A DNA stretch of 64,000 nucleotides from Podarcis vaucheri (lineage: Eukaryota). The position numbers were made by a program, and so were the translations under genes. The stretch lies in assembly GCA_965113315.1 (NCBI GenBank), contig OZ220369.1; one strand, given 5' to 3'. Each line of letters starts with the position of its first letter. Positions within the stretch are counted from its first letter, which is position 1. The notes under the pieces were generated by a model. That model was given only the letters and a program-made list of their open reading frames with translations, was not told where the DNA came from and searched no databases. This document shows, in pieces, positions 12,099 through 24,118 of the stretch.

Positions 12099-13249
12099 CC
12101 ACATACATCCAGACCTGGAGAGAGAGAGAGATGTCTGGTTTGGGGGCAACACGATGGGCTAGATGGCCAAAAATAGATAGATGGCCTGCTATAAGGCAGC
12201 TGCCCCAGCTCTATTTCCTACGTGTCCTTGAGACAAAGACACCCCCACACCCTGCAGCCAGTTTGCTTTTCTTCCTGGGAAGGAAGGGGAATATCTTTGA
12301 CCAATTTGGAGTGGCACCTGCTGGGACCTGTCAAGGCAGGCTGTGGAAATCTGAAGGGAGCCACATGGCTGGATCATCCTTGTTGCCTTTCAAGCTACGG
12401 TGTTTGATTGACAAGGTCTTATCAGTCCAGGGTGATTTCCAGAGGAGCTTCAGGAAGGCAAATGAGTCAGCAGACTTAGCAGATGAAAATTCCCAAAGTT
12501 GGTGATAATTAACTTGCGCCTTGTGTTGCTGCCTTCCCAGCCATCAAGTCACATGCAAGAGCTCCTTTGTGTGAAATGATGTTTTTGTTTAAAGAGCTAA
12601 CTGAGAGAAAACACTCCTCGTGACATCTCACTGTCTACGTTCCTCTAGTTTCCCAGTCACCAACCAGATAAACTTCTGATGAATCTAAATAAGGCCAAAC
12701 CCCAGTTGGAAAATGTGGATTTTCTACCAGTTATTTCCTCACATTTCCCATCACAGCTATCGGTCTCATACTTGTAAAGGTGCAGTGACAGGAAATTAGA
12801 GATGTAGTTTATGTCAATTCTACTCCACCTTTTTGCCAAGAAGTTCAACGTGTTCATGGTCGCAACCCATCATTTTGACTTCCCAACAAATCTCTGAGGT
12901 ATTTTTGGCTGAGAGGCAGTAACTGGCCTTCTGAGTGGGGTTTTGAATTCTGGTCCTCCCTGTCTTAATCTGATACTCTGACCACTATGCTGTTCTGGCT
13001 TAGAGATGGATTGTTAAAGCACTCAGGGAATTAATATCCACATTTCCCCAAGCTAATTTCCCAAAAATAATGCATTTGTGTGTGCTATTTTCACTAACAC
13101 ACATTTTTGTTCCTACACGTTCTGTACACTTCATCTAGATGGACATTGCAAAGGACATTGCAAAATTTAGCGTGAAGTTGGGAGCTTTGCATTAAAATGT
13201 GAACCAAACTTTACTTCTCCCCCATTCCACACACATACACACTGCTTGG

Positions 13250-13475
13250 TTTATTAAAACGTTAAAATTCTTGATTAAAAAACCCAGTTAAAACAGGTAT
13301 TTGAAAGCACTTTAAAATGATCAAAATCAGCAGTAGCTGATGTCTCTGAAATTTCTGTTTGTCTGGATAGGCCTGCCTACACAAAAACGTTTTAAGCAGG
13401 TGCCGATAAGTATACAGTGAAGACGCTTGCCTGATGTCAACAGGCAGGTAATTCAAAAGTGTAGGTGCTGCCACG
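13250..13475 (-). mobile_element. Old L2 3' fragment
   Basis: Minus ORF AAPTLLNYLPVDIRQASSLYTYRHLLKTFLCRQAY. Confidence 0.7.
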
Positions 13476-13526
13476 TTACAATATCAGTTCGTCCAAGTGA
13501 ATGGACTGGTATTATGTGGCACCTAC

Positions 13527-13563
13527 ATCTATCTATCATCTATCTATCTATCTATCATCTATC

Positions 13564-13598
<35 letters not shown>
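13527..13598. repeat. (TATC)n microsatellite
   Basis: Directly visible. Confidence 0.95.
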
Positions 13599-14683
13599 CC
13601 CATGTCACTGAAAGTATTGGTTTATTTGGAAACACCCCAAGCAGAGCTGTATGGCATTAAGGCTCTGTTACTGTGATGTGTGTGCCAGTTCAATCTCGGC
13701 AATCCCCGTCTGCTCCCACTTATTACATCATGAAGGGCAGAGACAAATGGGGCAAGACGGACGAATTTATTAGCCCTCCTGATATGTTAAAAGCATTCTG
13801 TCAAAGAATTTGAAAAATGCTTCTCATATTTAAGCATCCAGAGACAGCAAATTCCCCTCTTGAGGGAGGAGAGGCATGCAAAACCCATCAGGACCTCAGT
13901 GTGGAAATCCAGAAACTGGCTCGTGGTATCCACTTACTGACGAATTGGTATTATTTAAAAGCCACGTGAGGGTCTCACTGTCGGCAGTTCAGGAGAAACG
14001 CAGGTCTCATCTCTATAAGGGAGTTGGGAGAACGGGGGGTGGGGGACTCTGAGCTGGTAAAATGGTGAGATTAATGGGACCGAGAGAAGCTGTTGACAGA
14101 AGATCTAGAGGGGAACAAAATTGGAAAAGTGATCCTCATTTGGCTGCAGCCCTTGACAATTAACAAAAGTCTCAAAGCTTTCTGCAGATGCAGCCTGTGG
14201 CAATAAAAGGGCTGCCTGGAAAGAAATAAGTATTTGATGCACACATCAGAGAGTCTATAATTCCACCATGCACATTCGCTTCAGTAAATGAACTCCCAGA
14301 TCACAGAAGGTGGGACTCAGCGTGAATGAAGGTCATGCAATTGACTATAGTAAAATGGGGCTTCTCCCTCCCACCACCATTAAGGACAATCCTGGCTGGC
14401 CTTTTTATTTTATGTATTTAGATGTATTTTTAAACAGCTTAATATTTTCTTTAGAAATTCTAAGTGGTGTACAACAGTGCAAAATGTAAGAACACTCAAA
14501 CAATGTAATAAAACAGAACAAAAAATAAGCAAGTTTAGTCCAATGTCTTAAATATATATATTCAGTTTATGACATATATTTTCAGGCCAGTGGGCACATC
14601 TGGATTTTTTAGCAGATGCTATGGACACCACCCTCTCTGGTCCCTTTTCTTCTCCCTCCTCCAAATAAGCCTGGAAGTCGTCA

Positions 14684-14848
14684 TAGGAAGTCAGTCCATT
14701 GGTCCATCTCACTCAGTATTGCCTGCACTGACTGGAAGTGGATCGCCAGGGTTTCAGACCAAGGTTTCTTCCTAACTGGAGATACCAGGGATTGAACCTG
14801 GGGCCTTCTGTGTACAAAGCAGCTGCTATACCACTGAGCTATACCCCT
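14684..14848 (-). mobile_element. Squam3-like SINE
   Basis: gggattgaacctggggccttctg...ctataccactgagctataccc is an antisense tRNA-like head. Confidence 0.75.
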
Positions 14849-15239
14849 TTTCCACCCCCCCATCCCCATGAAAGAGACATGTACTGGAAGGAGTGACTGG
14901 TTGGCTCCCCTTATGTGTTGGCACTGTGCTCCTTGCCACCACGTTGCCCCTCCCACTCTCTCTCCCAGTAGGTCCCAGTGATAATGGTGACAGCAGATCA
15001 GGTTTGTGCTGTTGGCCTGACCCTCTGGCCACTACTGGTGAAGGTGGATTTCATTGCTCGAGACTTGATAATTCTAAACAATTATGAACTTTATCCATTA
15101 AAAAGTCTTGCATTTGAGCTGGTGTTGGAGGATATGAAATTCTGTTTATGATAGTTCATCTGTGATAGCTCTTTCAACATGCAAAATGAGTTGCCCCTTG
15201 AGGAGTCTTTCCTTGATTTTTAAAAATATTATATTATTA

Positions 15240-15462
15240 TTGTTACATTTGTATCACACTTTTCCTTTAAGGAGCTCAGAGTGGCACACATAATTCTCCT
15301 CCCTCTCCCCATTTTATCCTCACAACAACCCTGTAGGCTGGTTAGGCTGAGAGGTAGTGACTGGTGTGAAGTCACCCAGTGAGCTTCATGGTTAAGTGGG
15401 GATTTGAACCCTAGTCTCCCACGTCCTAGCTCAGCACTCTAACCAATACACCATACTAGCTC
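15240..15462 (-). mobile_element. Squam2/MIR-like (CORE) SINE
   Basis: ccccattttatcctcacaacaaccctg...aggctgagag...gtcacccagtgagc...gatttgaaccc; related copies at about 12825-12980 and 41410-41560. Confidence 0.75.
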
Positions 15463-16679
15463 TGCTCCAGATCCAAATACTTGTATGAACCTAATGCCTG
15501 GGGATGTGGAGAGATATTCAATACAGTTTGCATTTAGAGGCAAACCTTCCTAATCTGAGCTTTCCGAAGCAATCTGAGAACTTAAACTGCCATCCTTCAA
15601 AATTCGCATATCTACGAATTTTGCACTGCAAATCTCCAATCAAGTAATTTGTACAATAATTCATATTGCACATAAAGGGTGCATCAAAAGGCACATATTA
15701 GTGAAAGTAACATAAAATGCATTATAACAGGGAAAACTGCTTCAGGGAAATGTGTATATTAGGCAGAATCGCATACAAATATATAAGTTAGAAGAAATGC
15801 AACTGAAATGCTGATCCATTTTCATGAGAACCGTCTTTTAAAAAAGAAAACAAACTTAATGCAGATAACTGAATTTAAGGCTAGAAAAAAAATGGAAGGA
15901 AACTGAAAATGATAGATTTTTCCATCACCACACACAATATCCATCTTCACTTGATGATTAAATGTATTTGTGAATGTCACAGTGACATTAGGTGCTTTCT
16001 TTTCTTTGCAACCAAATCGGGGTCATAGGCATAAAGAGCCTTGCGACTGTGTAACTGGGTTCCCTGAGGGAAAGAGGAAGCCATGAATATCACACTCATG
16101 GAAAGCTAGCCTCAACAAAATAGAAGAAGGTCGATCAGTAGCAACAGTTGGTGGATCATTCTGAATAAGGGTTATGGCAAATCTTCTGGATTTCATCAGA
16201 AAGAAATCTGCACTTCATCTTAACTCCTCAGGTTTTTCTGCCATAGACTGAAGGAATGCAACATTGGCTTACATCCTGGCAACTCCCACAAATGAGCCAT
16301 TACCAAGTTAGACTGCAGTTCGCAAACACAGCAGTTAGTAACTAGCATTAAAGGAAAAGCAGCTCCCGTTAAGTGAAGCAGAGGATGGGCAGACAATTGA
16401 GGAGAGTGATATGGGGTAGGGGTGGCATAGTGAATCACAGTTATTGGACAGCACATATGTTTTACAACCAGAACTTGCCAGGTTCGGTCTCTGGTTCCAG
16501 CAGGGCTGAGAAGACCTCCACCAAAGACCCTGAAGAACTTACAGCAACATATCTGAAGTAGGTGGACCAGTGGTATGATAGAACTTAAGAACATAAGTAG
16601 AACTTAAGAACATAAGAAAAGCTTATGGTCCAACATCCTGTTGTCACAGTGGCAAGCAGGATTCAGGCCAAAGAACATA

Positions 16680-17160
16680 AGATTCAGGACACTTAAAAAG
16701 ATGTACTTATGTAGCACATAGTTCAGGCACCCCAACCTGTGGCCCTCCAGATGTTTTGGCCTACAGCTCCCATGATACCTAGCTAACAGGACCAGTGGTC
16801 AGGGATGATGGGAATTGTAGTCCAAAACATCTGGAGGGCCGAAAGTTGGGAATGCCTGACATAGTTAAACTACGAAACTTGCTCCCACAGGGGGCAGAGA
16901 TGGCTACTAACTTGGGTGTCTGTAAAAGATGATTAGACAAATTCATTGAAAAGTTTATTGATGGCTACTAGCCAAGTTGGCTATGCTCTGACTCCACAGC
17001 TGGAGGCAGTCATTTTTCTGAATATCACTTTCTGGAATACCACTTGCTGGGTCCTGCTTATAGGCTTCCTACAGGCACCTGGTTGGCCATTGTGAGGACA
17101 GGTTATTGGACTAGATTGGTCCTTGGCCTGATACAGCAGGCTTTTCTTATGTTCTTATCT
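16680..17160 (+). mobile_element. CR1 (ttcttatg-tail subfamily) 3' fragment
   Basis: Ends cttttcttatgttcttat. Confidence 0.8.
16724..16858 (-). mobile_element. hAT-Charlie-like hairpin MITE nested in CR1
   Basis: Termini caggcacccc / gggaatgcctg; perfect TSD acatagtt (16716-16723, 16859-16866). Confidence 0.9.
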
Positions 17161-20100
17161 CCTCTAGATAAGACCTTCATTTGACAACTGCTATCAATCC
17201 AGCTTTCAGCTGAGCCTCCCTCCCTCCCTCCGCCGAGTTTTGTTGTGAAGATCATCACCACTGAAAAGGTGGTGTTTATGCGGGAAAGGATGAACCACTG
17301 TAGTTATGTCCCTTGGGACCGGACATTGGTGCTTTCCACTGATAAGCGCTCTTGGAAATAAGAATGGAAGGCTGCGAGAGGCAACAGGGATGAAAAGCAA
17401 ACAGATAAGGGAAGACAAATGGGGCGTGCTTATCAATTGTGGCACAACATCAAAAGGCTTTGCCCAGATGAGCTGGTTGAGATGTCCAGTGAAACAGCTG
17501 CCCAAGTATAGATGAGGCTGAGAATGCTCTAGCCATCAAAACATCAGAATCTCTCTCCGGTTGCTGTGTTCAGCTGGAGTTAGACATAAAATAATTACGA
17601 ATCTCTTGTTAAGAACAGCTGGCATAAGAGGAACCTTTGTCTAGATCAGGGGTCAGGAACCTCAACTGGAAGCCCATCATCATGTCAGGTCTGGTTCTGC
17701 CCCATGTGGCCACAGTTTGGCATGTAGGTTTGACACTACTTAAGGTACAAATTTTTGGCACAAATGTTGTTTGAAAGAGGTAGACAAATTCAGAGCAGAT
17801 AAAGCATGATACCTAAATAAAACCTTCAGGTTCAGAGGCAATATACCTTTAGCTAGTCGTTGGGGGGCGGGGCAGGAATGTTGTGGAGAGCAGTCGCTTT
17901 CTTGCTCTATTCATGGGCTTTCCAGAATCATCTCAGGTCAGCCCCTGCTAGTAGCCACTGCTGGATGTCCCTGCTGGTTTCTACGGACTTTACCGTTGTA
18001 TGTCTTTATCAACAGCTCCATTCTTTAGGAGTGAAAAGGGCAAAAGAGTCAATTAGAAATAAGGAGGGGGGGAGTGTGTTTCTCTTCTGCCCAAGCGGTC
18101 TTGGTATTTCTTTAAAGGCTATTCTGGGTGGTTTCTTCAGAACTCCCAGCTGATCCATCCTTTACAAGCCCAGTTTGAAGACCCTCTTTCAATTAATGGA
18201 TGCATTTGGCACAGTTGACACCTCCGTGTGAAGCATTTCTCTGCGGCAGCTCTGAGCCGCCAAGGCCCACGGGTCCAAGCTCTTCAACAGCTGCTTTATC
18301 TCCGCTTCCCACCCACCCCAACCCCCGAGTTTTAAGATGAGCCTCCATCCCCTCTCTCACCCACCCCTGCCATAATATCTCACTCCAAGGTCCTGTCAAA
18401 GCCATAAGTAAAAGCCATAAATTTCCTGGCTGGGTCACAGTTCACCCGATTCATTTACCGAAGCATTATAAATGTTGTCCAGGCTCCAAATGTAACCAAA
18501 TCCCGACATTCCTCGCAGCCTATAAGCGACAGGGAAGGTCATCTGGAGCTGCCATCATATGATCTGATTGGGAATTGGTCCTCTCAGTACTTCAGAACTA
18601 AGGACCAGGAGAGTGTGGGGAGAGAGCTTGTAAAATAAAGCTACTTGTTGCACTGTTGCCGTTGTTACTGTTTTCACTCTAGGGGATGTGGAGATTATTG
18701 TGCTCATTTTTCTGAGGCCGATACAAGCACTTCTGTTCTGTTTCCTAATGTTTCTTTCATGCTGCAGGACCTGTTGTGTTACAGGCTGCAGCTTTTTAAT
18801 TGATCTACCAGCAGGGCATCCTAAATATTCACACCACTGGCTCTGGTGTGACACAGTAACAAATGACATTGGTCAATGTCACTGTTCCTCTACCCTTTCC
18901 GCACATGCATGCTTCTGCTCCTCCATGAAAGCAGCAGGGGGAAAAATTGGAGGCCCAAATTTTATCACTTCACTCCCTCCCAGGATATTCTGGGTTAAGC
19001 AGGCTGCAAAAAATCCCCCCCCCCCAATGAGATAACATAGGTAAATGTTACCTTTTTATGGTAGGCTAGTTTCCACACACAACCTCACACACCCCTCTCC
19101 ATCCTGCATCCAGATAAGCAAGGAGCCATATAGAAGTTCAAGGACACATCCTGGCCAAGCAAAAACACTCAGTGAAGCAGGGCCAGTGAGAGGTGTGGCC
19201 TAGAGAGAGGGTGTGTGGCTGGGAGAGAGTTACAAGGGCCAGATAGAGAAGCCTCAAGGGCCACATTCAACCTATCCCTAGGCCCAAGGCTCCCTTTCAC
19301 TTTGATAGAGCCCTGAAACAAAAACCGCTGCAGAATCCGAGCTAAAGATTCCTTGCCAGTCGGAGGCCTGGATGCAGGTGCAGAAGAAGATTTTAAAACA
19401 ATTGCCTCTTACAACGAGATTACTTTCTGCCCCCACCTTCCTTGCCTGTGCTCTGTGCTGCTTCTATTCTTAAATGTGAAACAGCAATGCCCAAAAGCTA
19501 TATGCTGAGGAAAGCAAAGAGAATCCGGGAAAAAGCAAAAAACAAACCCCAAACAAACCCCAAACCTGCAGCCTTTTTGCCTCACAGCCAACATTCCGTC
19601 TCTTTCGCCAACCATTCATTCCTGCAATGTTTCGCGGTTTGCAAAGACATTTTGTATTTCCTGTCAAACTTTCCTTCCTTCAGGTTTTGTGAGGGTGGCT
19701 TGGAGATTGGTCCATGCTAGTACTGAAGTTTAGTTTGTGTGTATCTCAGGAAAACAAGACATTTCACGAAGGTGGCCACCTGTTCATATTTTTTATGGAT
19801 TGTCCCGAAGAAGGAGAGAGCTTGTTATCGATGGAGCTTGTCCATATACATTTTGGGTTTTTTTGTGGCCATCTGTTATTTGTATGAAGAAATGAGATCC
19901 CAGATGGATAGTGGGCAAGGCTGCATGAAGAATGAAACTCAAAGTGTTCCATTGCTATTTGATAGACTCAATTAATCTATAGCCTGCTACTGACACAGTA
20001 TTGCAAGATAGTTTCCTGTTGGTTGCCAATCCTTTTTTTAGGTTAGTGGGCACATTTGAGAAAGTACCATTGGTGTCCATCACAAAATGGCTGCTTTAAT

Positions 20101-20194
20101 GGCATGGCATAACTCAAAATGACTGCCACATCTCATACAGTAGAAAAAGAGAGAGAACAAGAAAATGGTGCAATCATCCATCCCATCATCACAA

Positions 20195-20375
20195 AGCAGG
20201 AACATGGGAAGTCAGGCCATTGATCCATCTAACTCAGTAATGTCTACACTGACTGGCAGCAGCTCTCCAGGATTACAGGCAGGGTTCTCTCCCAGCACTG
20301 CCTGGAGATGCCACGATTGGAGCCTGGAACTTTCTGCATGCAAAACAGATGTTCTACCACTAAGCTATGGCCCTT
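20195..20375 (-). mobile_element. Squam3-like SINE
   Basis: Homologous to other copies. Confidence 0.7.
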
Positions 20376-21245
20376 GAACTTGTTCCGGTAGCAAATTGCC
20401 AGGTGGGCAAAACCGATAAACAATGTGTCATCAGTTGTATCTTACTCCAACACTGATGATGTGAGTGTCCTTCAAAACACCTGAGGCAACTGGCCAGATT
20501 AGGGAACCCATAGGTGAGGGGGGGCTGGGGAATGGAGGGTGGCTCAAGAGGAACAGCTGTGAACTGCTGCTGCTACCCACCTGCATCTGCTGCCTGAGGC
20601 AATTGCCTCATTTTGTCTAGTGGTCGGGCCAGCTCTGAATACCTGCTCTCATATCCTCAACACAGTCATGCTACTTCCAAATACTGCAAATATCTGTCTG
20701 ATGTTTCTCTGAAAGGAAAGTCTCCTAAGGGGGCTTCCACGCTCCCTTAAATACGGGAATGTTTAGTTACATGCACAGGTGCTCTCAGGAAAGGGTATTC
20801 TTAACCATATTCATATTGACTTCGGTTCCACTCCTTCCAGGCACCATGCCATCCATTCAGCTTCCAGTTTTCCTAGCTCAATGGAAAAGGTGAAAGCAAA
20901 CCATGTGGAATAAGTTTCCACCATCCGCCTTAGGCAGGGATTGGAAGGTGATCCCTGGAGTCTACTAATGCAGTGCCAATGTGCCCACCAGTGCCTCCTG
21001 TGGCATCTCCAAATATCCTCTTTTAAAAATACACCAAAGCCTGAGAGACTGTTTACACTTCCTACTCAGTTCCTGTATGCTCCAGCTCAGCCTTTCCTAC
21101 ACTGTCTTCCAGCAGATATTTTATATTATGCCAGTGCCCCAACCAGTGATTTTGTGACTGGTGCCCATAGGACTTTCCTCAAAATCCCAAACATCCCCAG
21201 TGGCCTAAAAAGTTGACATTTCATATCCCAGAGAAGCACTTATGG

Positions 21246-21407
21246 CAGGCTTCCTCAAACTTGGCCCTCCAGATGTTTTGAGACTACAATTCCCATCATC
21301 CCTACACTTGATCTTAGCCAAAAGGCAGAGAAGCCTGGTCCTGCTAGCTAGAGATCATGGGAGTTGTAGGCCAAAAACATCTGGAAGGCCAAGTTTGAGG
21401 AAGCCTG
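21246..21407 (+). mobile_element. hAT-Charlie-like hairpin MITE carrying a U2 snRNA fragment
   Basis: TIR caggcttcctcaaactt / aagtttgaggaagcctg; perfect TSD acttatgg (21238-21245, 21408-21415). Confidence 0.92.
21302..21334 (-). pseudogene. RNU2: U2 snRNA 5' fragment (about nt 4-36), tailless retrocopy
   Basis: Reverse complement gcttctctgccttttggctaagatcaagtgtag versus U2 GCTTCTCGGCCTTTTGGCTAAGATCAAGTGTAG: 32/33 match. Confidence 0.9.
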
Positions 21408-21589
21408 ACTTATGGTGTTCTTCGCCATTTACACAGTTCCTTTCTCCCAAACCCACTTTAGCTTGTGGTGTATGCAGAGGGCAGAAATCTAGCTCACTCT
21501 TTCCCTCTGTCTTGTAGCTGGTACTGGCTGATCTTCAGGATTGGTTCAAGATTGGGGGGGACGGACCTAAGCAGACTTCCCTAGGTCCC

Positions 21590-21980
21590 ACCCAATGATA
21601 TCCAACGAAGCTGAATGTTTGAAGATTCAAAACAGATAAAACAAAGTACTTCTTCATGCATGCATGCATAGTTAAACTACAGAACTCACTCCCACAGGAG
21701 ACAGTGATGGCAACCAACCTAGATGAAAGCCATCTAGAAAGAGGATTAGACAAATTCATGGAGGAAAGGGCTATCAGCAGCTACTAGGCATGATGTCTAT
21801 GCTTTGCCTCCACAGTTGGAAGCAGTTGGGAGCAGCTTGTGAAAACCAGTTGCTGGAAACCACAGGAAGCGAGAGAGTTCTACTTGAAGGTTTTCTACAG
21901 GCATCCAGTTGGCCACTTGGAGAACAGGATGCTGGACTAGATGGGTCATTGGCCTGATCCTGCAGGCTCTTCTTATGTTT
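21590..21980 (+). mobile_element. CR1 (ttcttatg-tail subfamily) 3' fragment
   Basis: gaagctgaatgtttgaagattc...gaggattagacaaattcatggagg...ggctcttcttatgtt. Confidence 0.8.
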
Positions 21981-24069
21981 ACCACCACCATTATTGCCCT
22001 CTATCACTTGGAGCCCCAGCAGTGGTGCTGCTGCAGCTGCCAACCTCCCAACCATGCTTGCTCCTGGGCTTAGCCAGCTGCAGTGGGAAGGTGGAATACT
22101 TCCCTAATACCTGTGTAACCTCACTTTCCCCTATCACAAGAACACAGAAAGTGGCCTTAGATCAAGTCAGTCTGTTGGCTCCCCTAGCTCAGTTTTGTCT
22201 ACACTGATTGGCAGCGGCCTTCCAGAGTTTCAGGCAGGGGTCTCTCCAAGCCTTACCCAGATATGCCAGGACTCAACCCTTCTAAATGCAAAGCATTGTG
22301 TTACTGAGTTTAAATTTGTTGGAAGTCACCCAGAGTGGCTGGGGCATCCCAGTCAGATGGGTGACATATAAATAATAATATATTACTACAATGATGATGA
22401 TGTCACTGGGCCATTCCCATTAAATATTAAGAACACACAAAGTTCTCTTATACTTAGTCAAACCATCTAGCTCAGTATTGTTGGCACTGATGGGCAGAGG
22501 CTCTCTGGGATCAGCCAGCCTTGGTGCTCTCTGCCCGTCCCCAGCAGAACTGTGGTTTAGTGGGAGGGAGAGGGGAAGGGGATGAGGCAATGGGAAGGAG
22601 GCTGTCCAGAGCCAATCCAACACTCCCACTGGTGTGTCCACACAGCATCGTTTCATGCTGCTTTAACCCTCTTCCTTCCAGGAAGCCACAACAATGTCAG
22701 TGATAGGGTTCCATGTCCCTCTCAGCCAGTCCCATCTGTGGCTCTCTAGGGTTTTAGAGAGGGGGAGGTCTTCCCCAACGTTACCCAGAGATGCCTGGGA
22801 TTCTGCATGCAAAACCTTCCTCAACTCTATAATTCTTTGATTCTATGAAAACCCACTTTCCCCATGATGCTGTTTTCTCAACCCGTAGTTCCCACATCGT
22901 ACCAGGAGTCTAAGCACATGCCACTGAAAGCACCAGATTGCTTCCTTGTTTGTGCCCTACCTCCACTTCCCTCTCCTCCCTTCCTCAGCTGTTCCTGTGT
23001 TGAATTTAAGGCAAAGAGACCTGCTCTCTCTTATATTCTGTAAAGTGGCCAGCAGACTGATTAAGCTACATAAGCCAACAAACAACCACTTCAAAAGCAG
23101 GTCATTAGTCCAGTTTCAACATTGTGTCCCTGTTGCACTTCACTCATTTAAGTGCTGTAGTAAACAGGCAACATTTTTCGAGTGTTATGTTTAGAAACGT
23201 TTGACTGGCAAGCAAATGGGCAAAATTTATAGCTGGAACTGAAGGCAGATTATGAAGTATTTGAAGTTCAAGGGTGCACAAACCCGCTGCTTTCCACTTG
23301 CCAAAAAAGCAAAGGACGTTTGCAAACTGGAGAGTCATATTTCAGCTGCCACTCTTTGTATCTGGGATTTTTTCCCTTTACATCTGGCATTTGATGTCAT
23401 TAGTCTCATCAGTATCAACAGATGCTCTACGATTGTGAGAAAGGATCACATTATTGGTTCTTCTCCTCTTGAGTAAAGTATGAAGAAAGTGTTAAGCTGT
23501 GAGAATACCAACATGACAGCATGGTATAAAAATGGGTTTAGAAAAGTAACAGTCAACTGAGGCTGCATAAACACAACATTATATTGTATGTTTTATGCAC
23601 ACTGAGATCTTGTTTATTTCTACCTAGTCCACAAACAATCCGGACCAATTGCTTATTTTTTATGCCTGAAAAGTGTCTTTTCACAAAATAGTTTCATTCA
23701 AAAACAAAAGCTCCATTCAGATTGATTCTGCATTACTCCTCAGTGTGTCCAACTGAAAACAGATGTAGGCAGTCTGAGCAATGGGGGTGTATCCACACCT
23801 GCCCAATGACGTTGTGGGTGGGCATATGCCAAGTTCAGAATTACAACTTCCTTCTTCATTCAACTAGGGCATATGCAGAGGGTAAAAGTTGTGGATAACC
23901 TGCTCAAGGAGAGTGTTTTCAATCACATATGCAGTATCTATGCCCTCCTAACAACTCTTTAAACCCTTAACAAACTACACCCCCCCCCATATGGTTTGGA
24001 GGAAACCATGCCTCTTTAAAGTGGTATGATACTGCTTTAAATTTATAGTATAGATGGGGGTGTGTGTCA

Positions 24070-24115
<46 letters not shown>
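24070..24115. repeat. (AAT)n microsatellite
   Basis: Directly visible. Confidence 0.95.
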
Positions 24116-24118
<3 letters not shown>

